Assembly (NCBI GenBank): GCA_965657355.1
Contig: CBFHOE010000003.1
Coordinates: 96,001-160,000, forward strand
Origin: Limisphaerales bacterium
Lineage (GTDB): Bacteria > Verrucomicrobiota > Verrucomicrobiia > Limisphaerales > JAJOIW01
Length of the DNA stretch: 64,000 bases
Direction of reading: 5' to 3'
How positions within the stretch are numbered: the stretch's first letter is position 1; every line of letters starts with the position of its first letter. Below, one piece after another: positions 38,316-47,970 of the stretch. The notes below the pieces were generated by a model. That model ran no database searches. It was given only the letters and a program-made list of their open reading frames with translations, and was not told the origin of the DNA. The translations under genes were made by a program, and so were the position numbers.

Positions 38316-39764
38316 ATGATCGTTTTCTCGCGAGTTTTTTTGATTACAACAGTTTTGTTTTGGGCTGCCCTATCACCAGCTCAGAACCAACAATCAAAGC
38401 CCTACAATATAATCTTATTCTTGATTGATGATCTTGGTTGGTTTGACCTCGGTTGTCAGGGGAGTAGCTATTATAGAACTCTTCATATTGACCGCCTTGC
38501 ATCAGAAGGTGCCAGATTTACTGATGCTTATGCGGCATGTGCGGTTTGTTCCCCAACGCGTGCAGCTATTCTAACCGGTAAATATCCTGCTCGTTTGTTA
38601 TTAACAGATTGGTTGCCATCGGGTCGCTGGAATCCCAAAGCAAAATTGCGGGAGGGCAGGAGGGTGCGATCTTTACCTGTTGAAGAATATACTCTCGCGG
38701 AAGCACTGCGCGATTCAGGGTATCGAACGGCAAGTGTTGGGAAATGGCACCTTGGGAGTGCTCCCTTTAGTCTGCCACAACATCATGGATTTGATATTAA
38801 CATTGCTGGTAACGGCCATGGAGCCCCTGGAAATTACTTTTTCCCGTATAATGGAAACTGGTTAATACCGACGACCAATTTACGGGTTAAATGGAATACC
38901 CTCTCTGATGGTAAATCTGGCCAATACTTGACTGATAGACTGACCGATGAGGCCATAAATTTTCTAAACTCTTCCAAAGAGGAGCCATTCTTTCTTTATT
39001 TTTCACATTATGGAGTTCATACCCCGCTCCAGGCAAAAAAGGAAATGATCGATTATTATGAGCAAGTGCCGAAGTCAAAACGACAGGGAAACCCAAAATA
39101 TGCTGCTATGGTTGAAAGTATCGACCAAAGTGTGGGACGCGTTTTAGAAACTTTAAAAAAAATTGGGCGGGAAAAGGAGACCATGATCATATTCACCTCA
39201 GATAATGGTGGCTTTTACAAAGCGACAAACAATGCGCCTCTGCGCGCAAACAAGGGCTCTTATTACGAAGGCGGCATACGTGTCCCGCTGATTATTAAAT
39301 GGCCGGGGGTTACCAAGTCAGGCTCCATCATCCATGAACCCGTTATCAGCAATGATTTATATCCTACGTGCCTTTCCGCTGCTGGAGTTTCTTTGAATCC
39401 AAATCAGCATCGGGATGGATTAAGCCTAAAAACTCTTCTGCAAGGAGGTCATCATTTAAATCGAGACGCCTTGTATTGGCATTTTCCCCATTACAACAGA
39501 CATCCTTTCAGTTACCCCTCAGGTGTCATAAGAAGCGGTGCCTGGAAGCTGATTGAGACATTTGATCCCTCAGGCGTTGAGCTATTTAACCTTACTGAGG
39601 ATTTAGGTGAGACCAAAAATCTTGCGGACAAGCATCCTGATGTGACCCAATCCCTTCAGGCGCGGCTTCACCAATGGCAGAAAGAGGTTGGGGCACAGAT
39701 GATGGAACTAAATCCGGACTATGATCCCGGATCGGCATCATCCAAAAATCGAAATAAAAGATAA
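38316..39764 (+). CDS. Secreted formylglycine-dependent sulfatase (family S1)
   Basis: Signal peptide; IDDLG, CSPTRAAILTG, GKWHLG, FTSDNGG, KGSYYEGGIRVP. Confidence 0.93.
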   Translation: MIVFSRVFLITTVLFWAALSPAQNQQSKPYNIILFLIDDLGWFDLGCQGSSYYRTLHIDRLASEGARFTDAYAACAVCSPTRAAILTGKYPARLLLTDWLPSGRWNPKAKLREGRRVRSLPVEEYTLAEALRDSGYRTASVGKWHLGSAPFSLPQHHGFDINIAGNGHGAPGNYFFPYNGNWLIPTTNLRVKWNTLSDGKSGQYLTDRLTDEAINFLNSSKEEPFFLYFSHYGVHTPLQAKKEMIDYYEQVPKSKRQGNPKYAAMVESIDQSVGRVLETLKKIGREKETMIIFTSDNGGFYKATNNAPLRANKGSYYEGGIRVPLIIKWPGVTKSGSIIHEPVISNDLYPTCLSAAGVSLNPNQHRDGLSLKTLLQGGHHLNRDALYWHFPHYNRHPFSYPSGVIRSGAWKLIETFDPSGVELFNLTEDLGETKNLADKHPDVTQSLQARLHQWQKEVGAQMMELNPDYDPGSASSKNRNKR

Positions 39765-39882
39765 TCTTTTTCGTTTCATAATCTAGCTGTGAGCATTCAA
39801 TTTATTTGTTCACATTCGGGTCGGAGCTCCCTGATCCTAAATCAAGCTGGTATTCAGTAGTTAAATCTGTGATTTTTTCATA

Positions 39883-40698
39883 ATGAAATTTGCCATTTGT
39901 AATGAAATATTTGAAGGCTGGGACATGGAAAGGGCGATGTCATTTATCAAAGAAGTCGGATATGATGCCATAGAAATAGCCCCATTCACAGTCAACAAAG
40001 ATGTACGCAATATTTCTCAGGAGGAGCGCCACAAAATAAAGAGCCTAGCAGAAAAAGTTGGTATAGAAATCTCCGGTATTCATTGGGTTTTAGTTAAAAC
40101 TGAGGGCCTCCACCTTACTCACCCAGATAGTTCGATAAGAAAGAAAACCTCGGACTACTTTGTTGAATTAGTCAAACTCTGCAGCGATATAGGCGGTAAA
40201 TATATTATCAATGGGTCACCTAAACAGCGTGACGTATTAGACGGCGTCTCATACGAGCAGGCATGGAAGTGGGGGACTGAATCATTTAAAGCACCAGTTC
40301 AATTGGCTGAAGAACTGGGTATAACCATTTGTTTCGAACCCTTGGCTCCATCCGAAACTAATTTCATTAATACAGCTTCTGAGGCTGTTAGCTTTGCCAG
40401 CCAATTTCAATCTGAGGCTATGAGCACTATTTTGGATGTAAAAGCCATGTCGAGTGAAAGCCTATCGATTCCGGAGATAATCCAAAATACTGGGAAAAAA
40501 TTCTCATATTTTCATGCCAACGACGCCAATTTGAAAGGCCCTGGGTTTGGTGACGTCGATTTTGTTCCCATAGCCAAAGCCCTAAGAGAGGTTGATTACG
40601 ATGGCTTTGTTTCCGTCGAAGTATTTAAATTCGAGGAAGGACCTGAAGCCATAGCCACGCAGAGCTTTGAATACCTGAAAAAATCTTTTACACAATGA
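39883..40698 (+). CDS. Sugar phosphate isomerase/epimerase TIM barrel (D-psicose/tagatose 3-epimerase-like)
   Basis: GYDAIEIAP, CFEPL...ETNFINT, LDVKAM, HANDAN..GPG, VSVEVF. Confidence 0.85.
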   Translation: MKFAICNEIFEGWDMERAMSFIKEVGYDAIEIAPFTVNKDVRNISQEERHKIKSLAEKVGIEISGIHWVLVKTEGLHLTHPDSSIRKKTSDYFVELVKLCSDIGGKYIINGSPKQRDVLDGVSYEQAWKWGTESFKAPVQLAEELGITICFEPLAPSETNFINTASEAVSFASQFQSEAMSTILDVKAMSSESLSIPEIIQNTGKKFSYFHANDANLKGPGFGDVDFVPIAKALREVDYDGFVSVEVFKFEEGPEAIATQSFEYLKKSFTQ

Positions 40699-40727
40699 TA
40701 TGTAAATGCCCCAAACGGGCTGTTGCT

Positions 40728-42137
40728 TTACTTGACGGACAAATCGGCGGGAATGCCCAAATCTTTATAAGATTGAGCTCTAGATGATTTATCTCCCTCG
40801 AGAACTCCACTGGCATAGTCAGCAACTTTCAATGCAATTTTTCTCGGAACGACGACAACACCATCGCCATCTGCAATAACCACGTCACCTGGCCTGACCT
40901 GAACACCGCCGCAGACGATAGGCATATTCACTGACTCCAACTGGTTTCTTCCGGGACGAATTCCTCTTCCTGGTTTTTTGTAATAGAGGGGAATTTTTTG
41001 GGCGGCGATTTCATCAGTATCTCTGGCAGTATTGCTGGTAATAACCCCTGCGCATCCTTTTAGGGCCCATTTCATAATATTGTTTGATCCAATCGAGCCT
41101 GTATCTCTATTTCCCGCTTCTTCGATTACGAGCACTGATCCTTTTTTAAACAACGGAATAAATGGTTCCGGAGTTTGGTTTTTGTATGTCTCTTCAACCC
41201 AACTATCAAATTCTTGAGTGCCGTGGAAGTGGGGAATCCCTGCTTGAGAGGGTATATATTTTGCCGTTATCGCGATTCCTCGTAATTGGTGTTCGAACGT
41301 TTTCGTATCCTTCCACAGAGGGTGGATGTCCGAGTCCATGACCATGATATTACCTAATCCAAAACGGTCTAAAGCATCACTCACATCTGCAACTCTTAAT
41401 TTGGAAAAGGCTTTTAGAACTTCCTGGTCATCCTTTTCCGAATAAGATTCGGTTTCAATATAATGAAACCCATTGGCAAGATCTTTTACGGCAGGCTGGC
41501 CTAAGGTCGTCCATTTCAGATTTTTGAATTTTGCCGAAGTTTGATATGTCGCGATCCCGAGCGGGAGAAATTCCTCAACTCCAAATCGAATGTCGATTTG
41601 CCTATCTTTGGTGTTGAGGTCAACGATTTTTCTATTATCCAAAAAAGCGACTATCTTATCTTGTGTCGCCCTCACCTTTATTTCATACCAACGATCATCT
41701 TCAAACTTCATATAATCGGTTGTTTCATTAGCCGATGCATCCTGTCCATTGATACTAGAAATTCCAACGACACCGCCTCCCCAGCCACCAAGGATCAATG
41801 AGCATGCGTCATCTTTATATGGAAATGTCAGACCGCAAAAAAAATCACTGCCATCTATTTTCATGGCCATAAATTCTATTTGATAATCTATTCGACCAGG
41901 AAGATTGTCTTTCCATGCGACACCAGAAAGTTGTTCCCCCATTAAGATTTCCAATTCATCATTATTGAATGTAACTGCGCCGCTGCCTGCATAATCAGCC
42001 TCTTTCCAACTGGTGACAGAGGATTCTTTTAGGTTTGGTAAGTTTTGGGCGTGCGATGTTATTGTGCAAAATGCGAGACAAATTCCAAAGCATTGATTTT
42101 TCCACACATTAATTTTTGATGAAGTTCCCAGGATCAT
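40728..42137 (-). CDS. Secreted fusion of DUF1080 (3-keto-disaccharide hydrolase-like) and RraA/HMG-aldolase-like domains
   Basis: Signal peptide from ATG 42137; GSDFFCGLTFP..CSLILGGWGGGVVGISSING (DUF1080-type); LRVADVSDALD, ARDTDEI and PGDVVIADGDGVVVVP (RraA). Confidence 0.8.
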   Translation of the reverse strand: MILGTSSKINVWKNQCFGICLAFCTITSHAQNLPNLKESSVTSWKEADYAGSGAVTFNNDELEILMGEQLSGVAWKDNLPGRIDYQIEFMAMKIDGSDFFCGLTFPYKDDACSLILGGWGGGVVGISSINGQDASANETTDYMKFEDDRWYEIKVRATQDKIVAFLDNRKIVDLNTKDRQIDIRFGVEEFLPLGIATYQTSAKFKNLKWTTLGQPAVKDLANGFHYIETESYSEKDDQEVLKAFSKLRVADVSDALDRFGLGNIMVMDSDIHPLWKDTKTFEHQLRGIAITAKYIPSQAGIPHFHGTQEFDSWVEETYKNQTPEPFIPLFKKGSVLVIEEAGNRDTGSIGSNNIMKWALKGCAGVITSNTARDTDEIAAQKIPLYYKKPGRGIRPGRNQLESVNMPIVCGGVQVRPGDVVIADGDGVVVVPRKIALKVADYASGVLEGDKSSRAQSYKDLGIPADLSVK

Positions 42138-42253
42138 GATTCGATATTGAACTACCAAATATAATTTGGAAAGCCCGATAGGAAACAAATTAACCGGCGC
42201 ATGCCACGACGAATCATTAAATTTGAATTGGAGGAAAATTCCTCCATTATGAA

Positions 42254-43369
42254 ATGATGCTAAAGAAAACTGAACTCTACGATAAACATAAAGCAAGTGG
42301 GGCACGACTAGTCGAGTTTGGTGGTTGGGAGATGCCCGTGCAATACTCTGGTATCCAAAAAGAACATTTGAATGTGAGGTCTCAAGCCGGTCTTTTTGAT
42401 ATTTCCCATATGGGTCAGGTTCTCTGCCATGGAAAACAATCTGAGGCTTTTTTAAATTATTGCTTTACTAATAACGTCACTAAATTAAGCCCCGGGGAAG
42501 GGCAATATACCCTGCTTTGCCATTCAGAGCGAGATGGGGGAACGGTCGATGACCTTTACCTTTTTAAACTATCAGCAGATTCTTTTCTCATCATTTTTAA
42601 TGCCTCTCGATTTGAAACAGATCTGGAATTTTTACATAGATATCTTTCTGTGGCTGATTTTGATGAAAAACAAGTCACCATAAAAAATTTGTCGCTCGAG
42701 CATTCAGCCCTGGCATTGCAGGGCCCCAAATCAGAAGGCATCGTTGATAAAGTGTTTGGATCCAAGCCTTCTAGCCTCGAAAAGAATCAGATTATCGCAC
42801 TAGAATACTCTGAGAGTGAAATAAAAATTTCTCGCACTGGTTACACCGGCGAAGATGGGTTTGAAATTATGGGCTCACATCAAATCATTCTAAGTATTTG
42901 GGATGCTTTGCTAGAAAATGGCCAAGAATTTGGATTATGTCCTGTTGGTTTGGGAGCCAGGGACTCCCTACGACTAGAAGCTGGGTTTCCATTATACGGG
43001 CATGAGCTAAATATGAGCATTCTTCCAGTTGAAGCTGGCCTCATGTGGGCAGTGGACACACAGAAAAACGATTTCGCTGGAAAATCAAAAATTCTTCAAA
43101 AAATGGACCAGAACCAACTCAACAGATTGATAGGTCTTGAAATGGTTGATAAAGCTCCTCCTCCTAGGCAAGGATACCCTGTTTGGAATGCCGAAAATGA
43201 AAAATCTCCGGTAGGAACTATTACGAGTGGAGGCCTGAGTCCTTCCCTGAAAAATGGTATTGCTCTCGCATACGTTCCCAAAGAACTCTCCAAAAAGCAT
43301 AGATCTTGGTGGATTGAGATCAGGGGCAAAAAGTATCTCGCTCGACAGCATAAAAAATCATTTATCTAA
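42254..43369 (+). CDS. gcvT: Glycine cleavage system aminomethyltransferase T
   Basis: FGGWEMPVQY, GLFDISHMG, ALQGP, SRTGYTGEDGFE, GARDSLRLEAGFPLYGHE. Confidence 0.95.
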   Translation: MMLKKTELYDKHKASGARLVEFGGWEMPVQYSGIQKEHLNVRSQAGLFDISHMGQVLCHGKQSEAFLNYCFTNNVTKLSPGEGQYTLLCHSERDGGTVDDLYLFKLSADSFLIIFNASRFETDLEFLHRYLSVADFDEKQVTIKNLSLEHSALALQGPKSEGIVDKVFGSKPSSLEKNQIIALEYSESEIKISRTGYTGEDGFEIMGSHQIILSIWDALLENGQEFGLCPVGLGARDSLRLEAGFPLYGHELNMSILPVEAGLMWAVDTQKNDFAGKSKILQKMDQNQLNRLIGLEMVDKAPPPRQGYPVWNAENEKSPVGTITSGGLSPSLKNGIALAYVPKELSKKHRSWWIEIRGKKYLARQHKKSFI

Positions 43370-43418
43370 TTGTCTTTGGTTTGACCTATCGGGTAAAGGG
43401 TGAATATTCTTTGGTGAG

Positions 43419-43805
43419 ATGAGTTCGATTCCTGAAAACTTAAGCTATGCTCCTTCCCACGAGTGGTTACTGATTGATGGCTCAACCGGAACAGTTGGCA
43501 TTTCTGATCATGCTCAAGAAGAACTGACAGATATTGTTTTTGTCGAGTTGCCCGAGGTCGGCAAGGTCATCGAGGCGGGCGAGTCGTGTGCAGTTGTCGA
43601 GTCAGTGAAAACAGCTAGCGATATCTATTCTCCTATTCAAGGGGAAATCATTGAAGTTAACGAAGCATTAGAAAGTGACCCAGGGCTTGTCAATTCATCG
43701 CCGTACGAGAACGGATGGTTCTTTAAGCTAAAAATCTCTGATCAATCCAAAAAAGTAGAACTTTTAGATCCGCCTGCTTACAAAGACCAGATTGGGGAGT
43801 CTTGA
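43419..43805 (+). CDS. gcvH: Glycine cleavage system H protein
   Basis: SHEW, GISDHAQ, lipoyl-Lys motif [22 protein letters not shown]. Confidence 0.95.
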   Translation: MSSIPENLSYAPSHEWLLIDGSTGTVGISDHAQEELTDIVFVELPEVGKVIEAGESCAVVESVKTASDIYSPIQGEIIEVNEALESDPGLVNSSPYENGWFFKLKISDQSKKVELLDPPAYKDQIGES

Positions 43806-44253
43806 TCCTCTTTAGCCCAAAAACAAAAAAATTTATTTATTTTTTTTGGGTTCATCTTCGGGGTTTTTAAAAAAGGATCAAGCAGGACTCAAACGAGTCT
43901 CCCCAAAAGGCTTACAAAAATCGTTTCGTCTTGAAATCCTGGTCTATTCCGAAAACCTGCCACAATTAACAACAGATTTGTCCTGTATGAAGACACTAAT
44001 TCGTTGATTGCTCTGCATACTGTTGCGTTGGAACGTGTTATCTCCACTTCTGTTTTTTAATCAATATCGTAAGTGAATATGGGGAATTTTTCATAATTCG
44101 TTCGCTATTATGCCTCTAAGTCCGCCGGTGTCTCAATTATTCGTGTAAGGTTGATGGAAAAATTAGCCGATATCTCATGATATGTCAGATGACATTGTTG
44201 GTCACGTTTTCCAACCGTGTTGTCCGCTGATTAACCAAAACCAATTTCAAATT

Positions 44254-44556
44254 ATGACCAAAAGAGACTTAGTAATTAGAATCAGTAACGAGACTGGCCT
44301 AATTCAACAGGACGTCCTAAAAGTAATCCAAAAAACCCTTGATTATATTAGTGATGCTGTGAAAAAAGGCCACAAAGTCGAGTTGAGGAATTTTGGTGTG
44401 TTCGAAGTAAAAGTGCGAAAGGCCAGAATAGGACGCAATCCGAACTCGCCTCAAGCCGACGTTCGCATCCCACCTCGCTCTGTCGTAAAATTCAAACCCG
44501 GCAAAGAAATGCGTGAAGCAGTCATGCAAATCGAGCCTGAAAAAGCTAATAACTAA
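44254..44556 (+). CDS. HU/IHF family DNA-binding protein
   Basis: MTKRDLV, VELRNFGVFEV, GRNP, VKFKPGK; ATG 44254 preferred. Confidence 0.92.
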   Translation: MTKRDLVIRISNETGLIQQDVLKVIQKTLDYISDAVKKGHKVELRNFGVFEVKVRKARIGRNPNSPQADVRIPPRSVVKFKPGKEMREAVMQIEPEKANN

Positions 44557-44591
44557 TTCTGGCGTAAGAAAATCATATTTCCGACTTTCAT

Positions 44592-44629
44592 GAGACGTTC
44601 TCTATTTACGGGGAGCGTTTCTTTTTTTT
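44592..44629 (+). terminator. Rho-independent terminator after the HU/IHF gene
   Basis: Stem gagacgttctc/gggagcgtttc (with G-U pairs) followed by T8. Confidence 0.7.
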
Positions 44630-44640
44630 ATGGTTAGACT

Positions 44641-45882
44641 GTGAAGACACTTTCAGGATTTAGAGACTTTTATCCGGAGCCCCTTCCGTCAAAGGACTCA
44701 TGGAGTATGGCTGTTCGACAATGGATTTTCCAGAAATGGCGGACTGTCGCTCAGAGTTATGGTTTTCAAGAATACGATGGACCACCTCTAGAGCCCTTAG
44801 ATTTGTTTACCCAAAAGAGTGGGGACGAGATTGTTGCCCAGTTATACAATTTTACTGACAAAGGGGACCGTGAAGTCGCTTTGAGGCCTGAAATGACACC
44901 GACTTTTGCTCGGATGGTCTGTGCCGCAGAGTCTCAATATAAAAAGCCCTTAAAATGGTATTCAATTCCTCAACTCTTCAGATACGAGAGGCAACAGAAG
45001 GGGCGCTTAAGGGAGCATTTTCAACTCAACGCCGATGTAGTTGGCGAATCTGATCCAGGAGCTGATGCTGAGCTGATTGCTCTTCTGATAGATTGTTTAA
45101 AATCAATAGGACTAACCCAGGACGACTTTGTTATTAGATTATCTAGCAGGACTGCCTGGCAGGAATTTTATACTTCAAAAGGTGGTAATCCCGAGGACGA
45201 ATACCGTTTTTACCAAGCTATTGATAAAATGGAACGTGAAAAAAATGAAGTCACTGAGCAAAACTTGCAAGCTTGTGGGATCGACATCAATGACGTCACT
45301 GATTTTATAGAAAGAGCCGAGCCCATTGGAGAGCTTGTTCAAGTTGTTCAACAGATGGATGATCGAGGATTGGGAGATTTTATCAAAATTGATTATCACA
45401 TCATTCGAGGCTTGGCTTATTATACAGGTGTCGTTTTTGAAGCTTTTGATCGTTCGACCAAATTTCGAGCTATTGCTGGCGGTGGAAGATATGACAAGCT
45501 CGTTAGCCTCGTATCTGGCGGAAAAGTGGACATGCCCGCTCTTGGATTTGGTATGGGTGATGTTGTCATCACAGAACTTCTGAAGCACTTGGGAAGGTTG
45601 CCCTCCGATTTACTAGTCCCTGATATATACTTTGCCATCGATGATGAAAAGCTAAGGTCTCGATCACTGGCTTACATTCAATGGTTCAGAGAAAGGGGTA
45701 TAAGGACGCTCTTTCCTTTATCAGGTATGAAAGCTGATAAACAATTCAAATCTGCAAGAGATATGAAGGCTCGGTTTATTGTTAATATAGATCCTCAAAA
45801 TCCATCGGTTCTTACAGCAAAGAATCTCGAAACCAAAGAAAAGATAGTCGGGGATAGGGAATCTATCCTTGGCATTCTTTGA
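44641..45882 (+). CDS. hisS: Histidyl-tRNA synthetase
   Basis: GFRDFYP, LRPEMTP, FRYERQQKGRLREHFQ, RGLAYYTG, GGGRYD, GFGMG. Confidence 0.95.
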   Translation: MKTLSGFRDFYPEPLPSKDSWSMAVRQWIFQKWRTVAQSYGFQEYDGPPLEPLDLFTQKSGDEIVAQLYNFTDKGDREVALRPEMTPTFARMVCAAESQYKKPLKWYSIPQLFRYERQQKGRLREHFQLNADVVGESDPGADAELIALLIDCLKSIGLTQDDFVIRLSSRTAWQEFYTSKGGNPEDEYRFYQAIDKMEREKNEVTEQNLQACGIDINDVTDFIERAEPIGELVQVVQQMDDRGLGDFIKIDYHIIRGLAYYTGVVFEAFDRSTKFRAIAGGGRYDKLVSLVSGGKVDMPALGFGMGDVVITELLKHLGRLPSDLLVPDIYFAIDDEKLRSRSLAYIQWFRERGIRTLFPLSGMKADKQFKSARDMKARFIVNIDPQNPSVLTAKNLETKEKIVGDRESILGIL

Positions 45883-45955
45883 TCTAATAATATTTTTTAA
45901 TGCGATTTTGAAATAATTGTTTTCAAATTATTGATAAGCATAGATAAGAAGAGTT

Positions 45956-47479
45956 ATGGCAAGTGTGGTAATAGGTATTGATAGTGGAACTCAATCGACA
46001 AAAGCTTTGGTTGTTGATGCAAAGACAGGAAATGTTTTAGGGGAATCATCAGAGGCATATGGACTGATTGAAGGATTGCCATCCGGAGCTAAAGAGCAAC
46101 ACCCATCGGTCTGGGTTGAGGCGCTTAAGAACTCCGCCAAAAAAGCACTTAAAAAATCAAAATGTAAACCATCAGATGTGGTGGGAATCGGAGTGAGTGG
46201 ACAACAACATGGTTTTGTTCCCCTTGACAAGAATGGTGCTGTCATTAGGCCTGCTAAATTATGGTGCGATACCTCAACGGTAGAAGAATGTGAAATTCTA
46301 ACCGACGCCATCGGTGGCAAAGCTAAAGCAATCAGAGAAACCGGTAATGCATTTGTTCCTGGTTTCACTGCCCCCAAAATTTTATGGCTGAAAAGACACG
46401 AGCCAAAAAACTTTAAAAAACTAGCTTCTGTCCTTTTACCTCATGATTATCTTAATTTCTGGCTCACCGGGGAAAAGGTGATGGAATTCGGCGATGCAAG
46501 TGGGACTGCTTTTTTTGACGTCAGAAAAAGAAAATTTAGTGAAAAAGTAATGGGGCTTATTGACAGCAAATTATCCTCAAAGATTCCAAATTTAATATCC
46601 TCTGACCAACCCGCGGGATTTCTTCAACAATCAGCAGCTGAAGCATTGGGCTTAAATAAAGGTGTCATCGTAAGCGCTGGTGGAGGCGATAACATGATGG
46701 GGGCAATCGGGACGGGGAATACAAGCCCGGGAGTCGTCACTGCGAGCTTTGGAACAAGTGGCACGATATACGCCTGCAGCGGAAAACCCGTGGTTGACCC
46801 TCAAGGTGAAATAGCGGCTTTTTGTGATTCAACTAACCATTGGCTTCCGCTCCTCTGTACGATGAATGTGACAGTCGCCACTGAAATGGTCAGGAAAAGA
46901 AATAACTGGGACCACTCCCAATTGGAGAAAAAAGTTAAAAAAGTGCCCGTCGGATGTGATGGCTTAGTGCTCGTCCCATATTTAGACGGGGAAAGAACAC
47001 CCAATGTTCCTGATGGCACTGGAGTTCTTTTTGGGGTGAATGGCAAAACTTTCAACCCAGCTTATGAGGCCCGCGCCGCCATGGAAGGGGTCACACTCGG
47101 TATGAATTATGGTCTCAACCGGTTGCGAAAGCTCAAGCTGACCCCAACCCAAATCAGAGCCACTGGAGGCGGAGCTAAATCCAGAACCTGGCTTCAAATG
47201 ATGGCAGATGTCTTCAATACGGAAGTTGTCACTTTAAAAATTAGCGAAGGGGCTGCCTACGGGGCTGCTCTGCAGGCCCTCTGGGTATGGAAAAATCAGT
47301 CCGGAAATCACGTAAGCATAAGTGAAATCACGAATAAATTTGTGAAAGTCAACAACCGAGAGCGTTTTCAACCGAGAGAAGAGCAGGCCGGTATTTATCA
47401 AGATCTTCAAAAACTGCAGGACGGACTTTCAAAATCATTAAGAAAAGATTTTACTAAGCATAGAAACCTCGCCAGCTAA
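45956..47479 (+). CDS. xylB: Xylulokinase (FGGY family)
   Basis: GIDSGTQSTK, SGQQHG, LWCD, FTAPKILW, GGGDN, GTSG, GERTP, GGGAKS. Confidence 0.9.
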   Translation: MASVVIGIDSGTQSTKALVVDAKTGNVLGESSEAYGLIEGLPSGAKEQHPSVWVEALKNSAKKALKKSKCKPSDVVGIGVSGQQHGFVPLDKNGAVIRPAKLWCDTSTVEECEILTDAIGGKAKAIRETGNAFVPGFTAPKILWLKRHEPKNFKKLASVLLPHDYLNFWLTGEKVMEFGDASGTAFFDVRKRKFSEKVMGLIDSKLSSKIPNLISSDQPAGFLQQSAAEALGLNKGVIVSAGGGDNMMGAIGTGNTSPGVVTASFGTSGTIYACSGKPVVDPQGEIAAFCDSTNHWLPLLCTMNVTVATEMVRKRNNWDHSQLEKKVKKVPVGCDGLVLVPYLDGERTPNVPDGTGVLFGVNGKTFNPAYEARAAMEGVTLGMNYGLNRLRKLKLTPTQIRATGGGAKSRTWLQMMADVFNTEVVTLKISEGAAYGAALQALWVWKNQSGNHVSISEITNKFVKVNNRERFQPREEQAGIYQDLQKLQDGLSKSLRKDFTKHRNLAS

Positions 47480-47488
47480 TAAATTGCT

Positions 47489-47872
47489 TTAAGAATTTGT
47501 TGCTACGAATTCCATCTCAAATTTTGCCCCCAATGGTAATTTTGAAACTTCTATGGTGGACCGGGCTGGAAATTCGGAGGTGATGTATTCTCCATAAATA
47601 GCATTAATTTTAGCAAAATCACCCAAGTCTGTTAGGAAAAGTGTACATTTAATGAGGTTCTTGTAATCAAGACCTGCTGATTTCAATAGTGCTCCCACGT
47701 TTTTAAAGACTTGGTGTGCCTGGGATTCAATATCTTCCGAAATCAGTTTTCCACTTTGTGGCTCCAGCGGAATCTGTCCTGATGAGAAATAAAGGTCGCC
47801 AGTTTTAACTAAATGATTATATGGGCCTACTGGTTCGGGGGCATCATTAACTTTGATAATTGATTTATTCAT
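47489..47872 (-). CDS. RidA/YjgF/UK114 family reactive intermediate deaminase
   Basis: APEPVGPY, SGQIP, FPARST, LPLGAKFEME; ATG 47872 preferred. Confidence 0.9.
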   Translation of the reverse strand: MNKSIIKVNDAPEPVGPYNHLVKTGDLYFSSGQIPLEPQSGKLISEDIESQAHQVFKNVGALLKSAGLDYKNLIKCTLFLTDLGDFAKINAIYGEYITSEFPARSTIEVSKLPLGAKFEMEFVATNS

Positions 47873-47970
47873 ATGTCCCTGTTGTATTAACCTGTTTGGC
47901 AAATTTGTAAAATCACTTTTATTTTATTGTCAAAATCCATGATCAGGACTTAGTTTGTTGCGTTATTGAC

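Noticed and set aside
42140..42253. Glycine riboswitch upstream of gcvT
   Set aside because: The divergent gap is only ~115 bp and lacks recognisable glycine-aptamer motifs.
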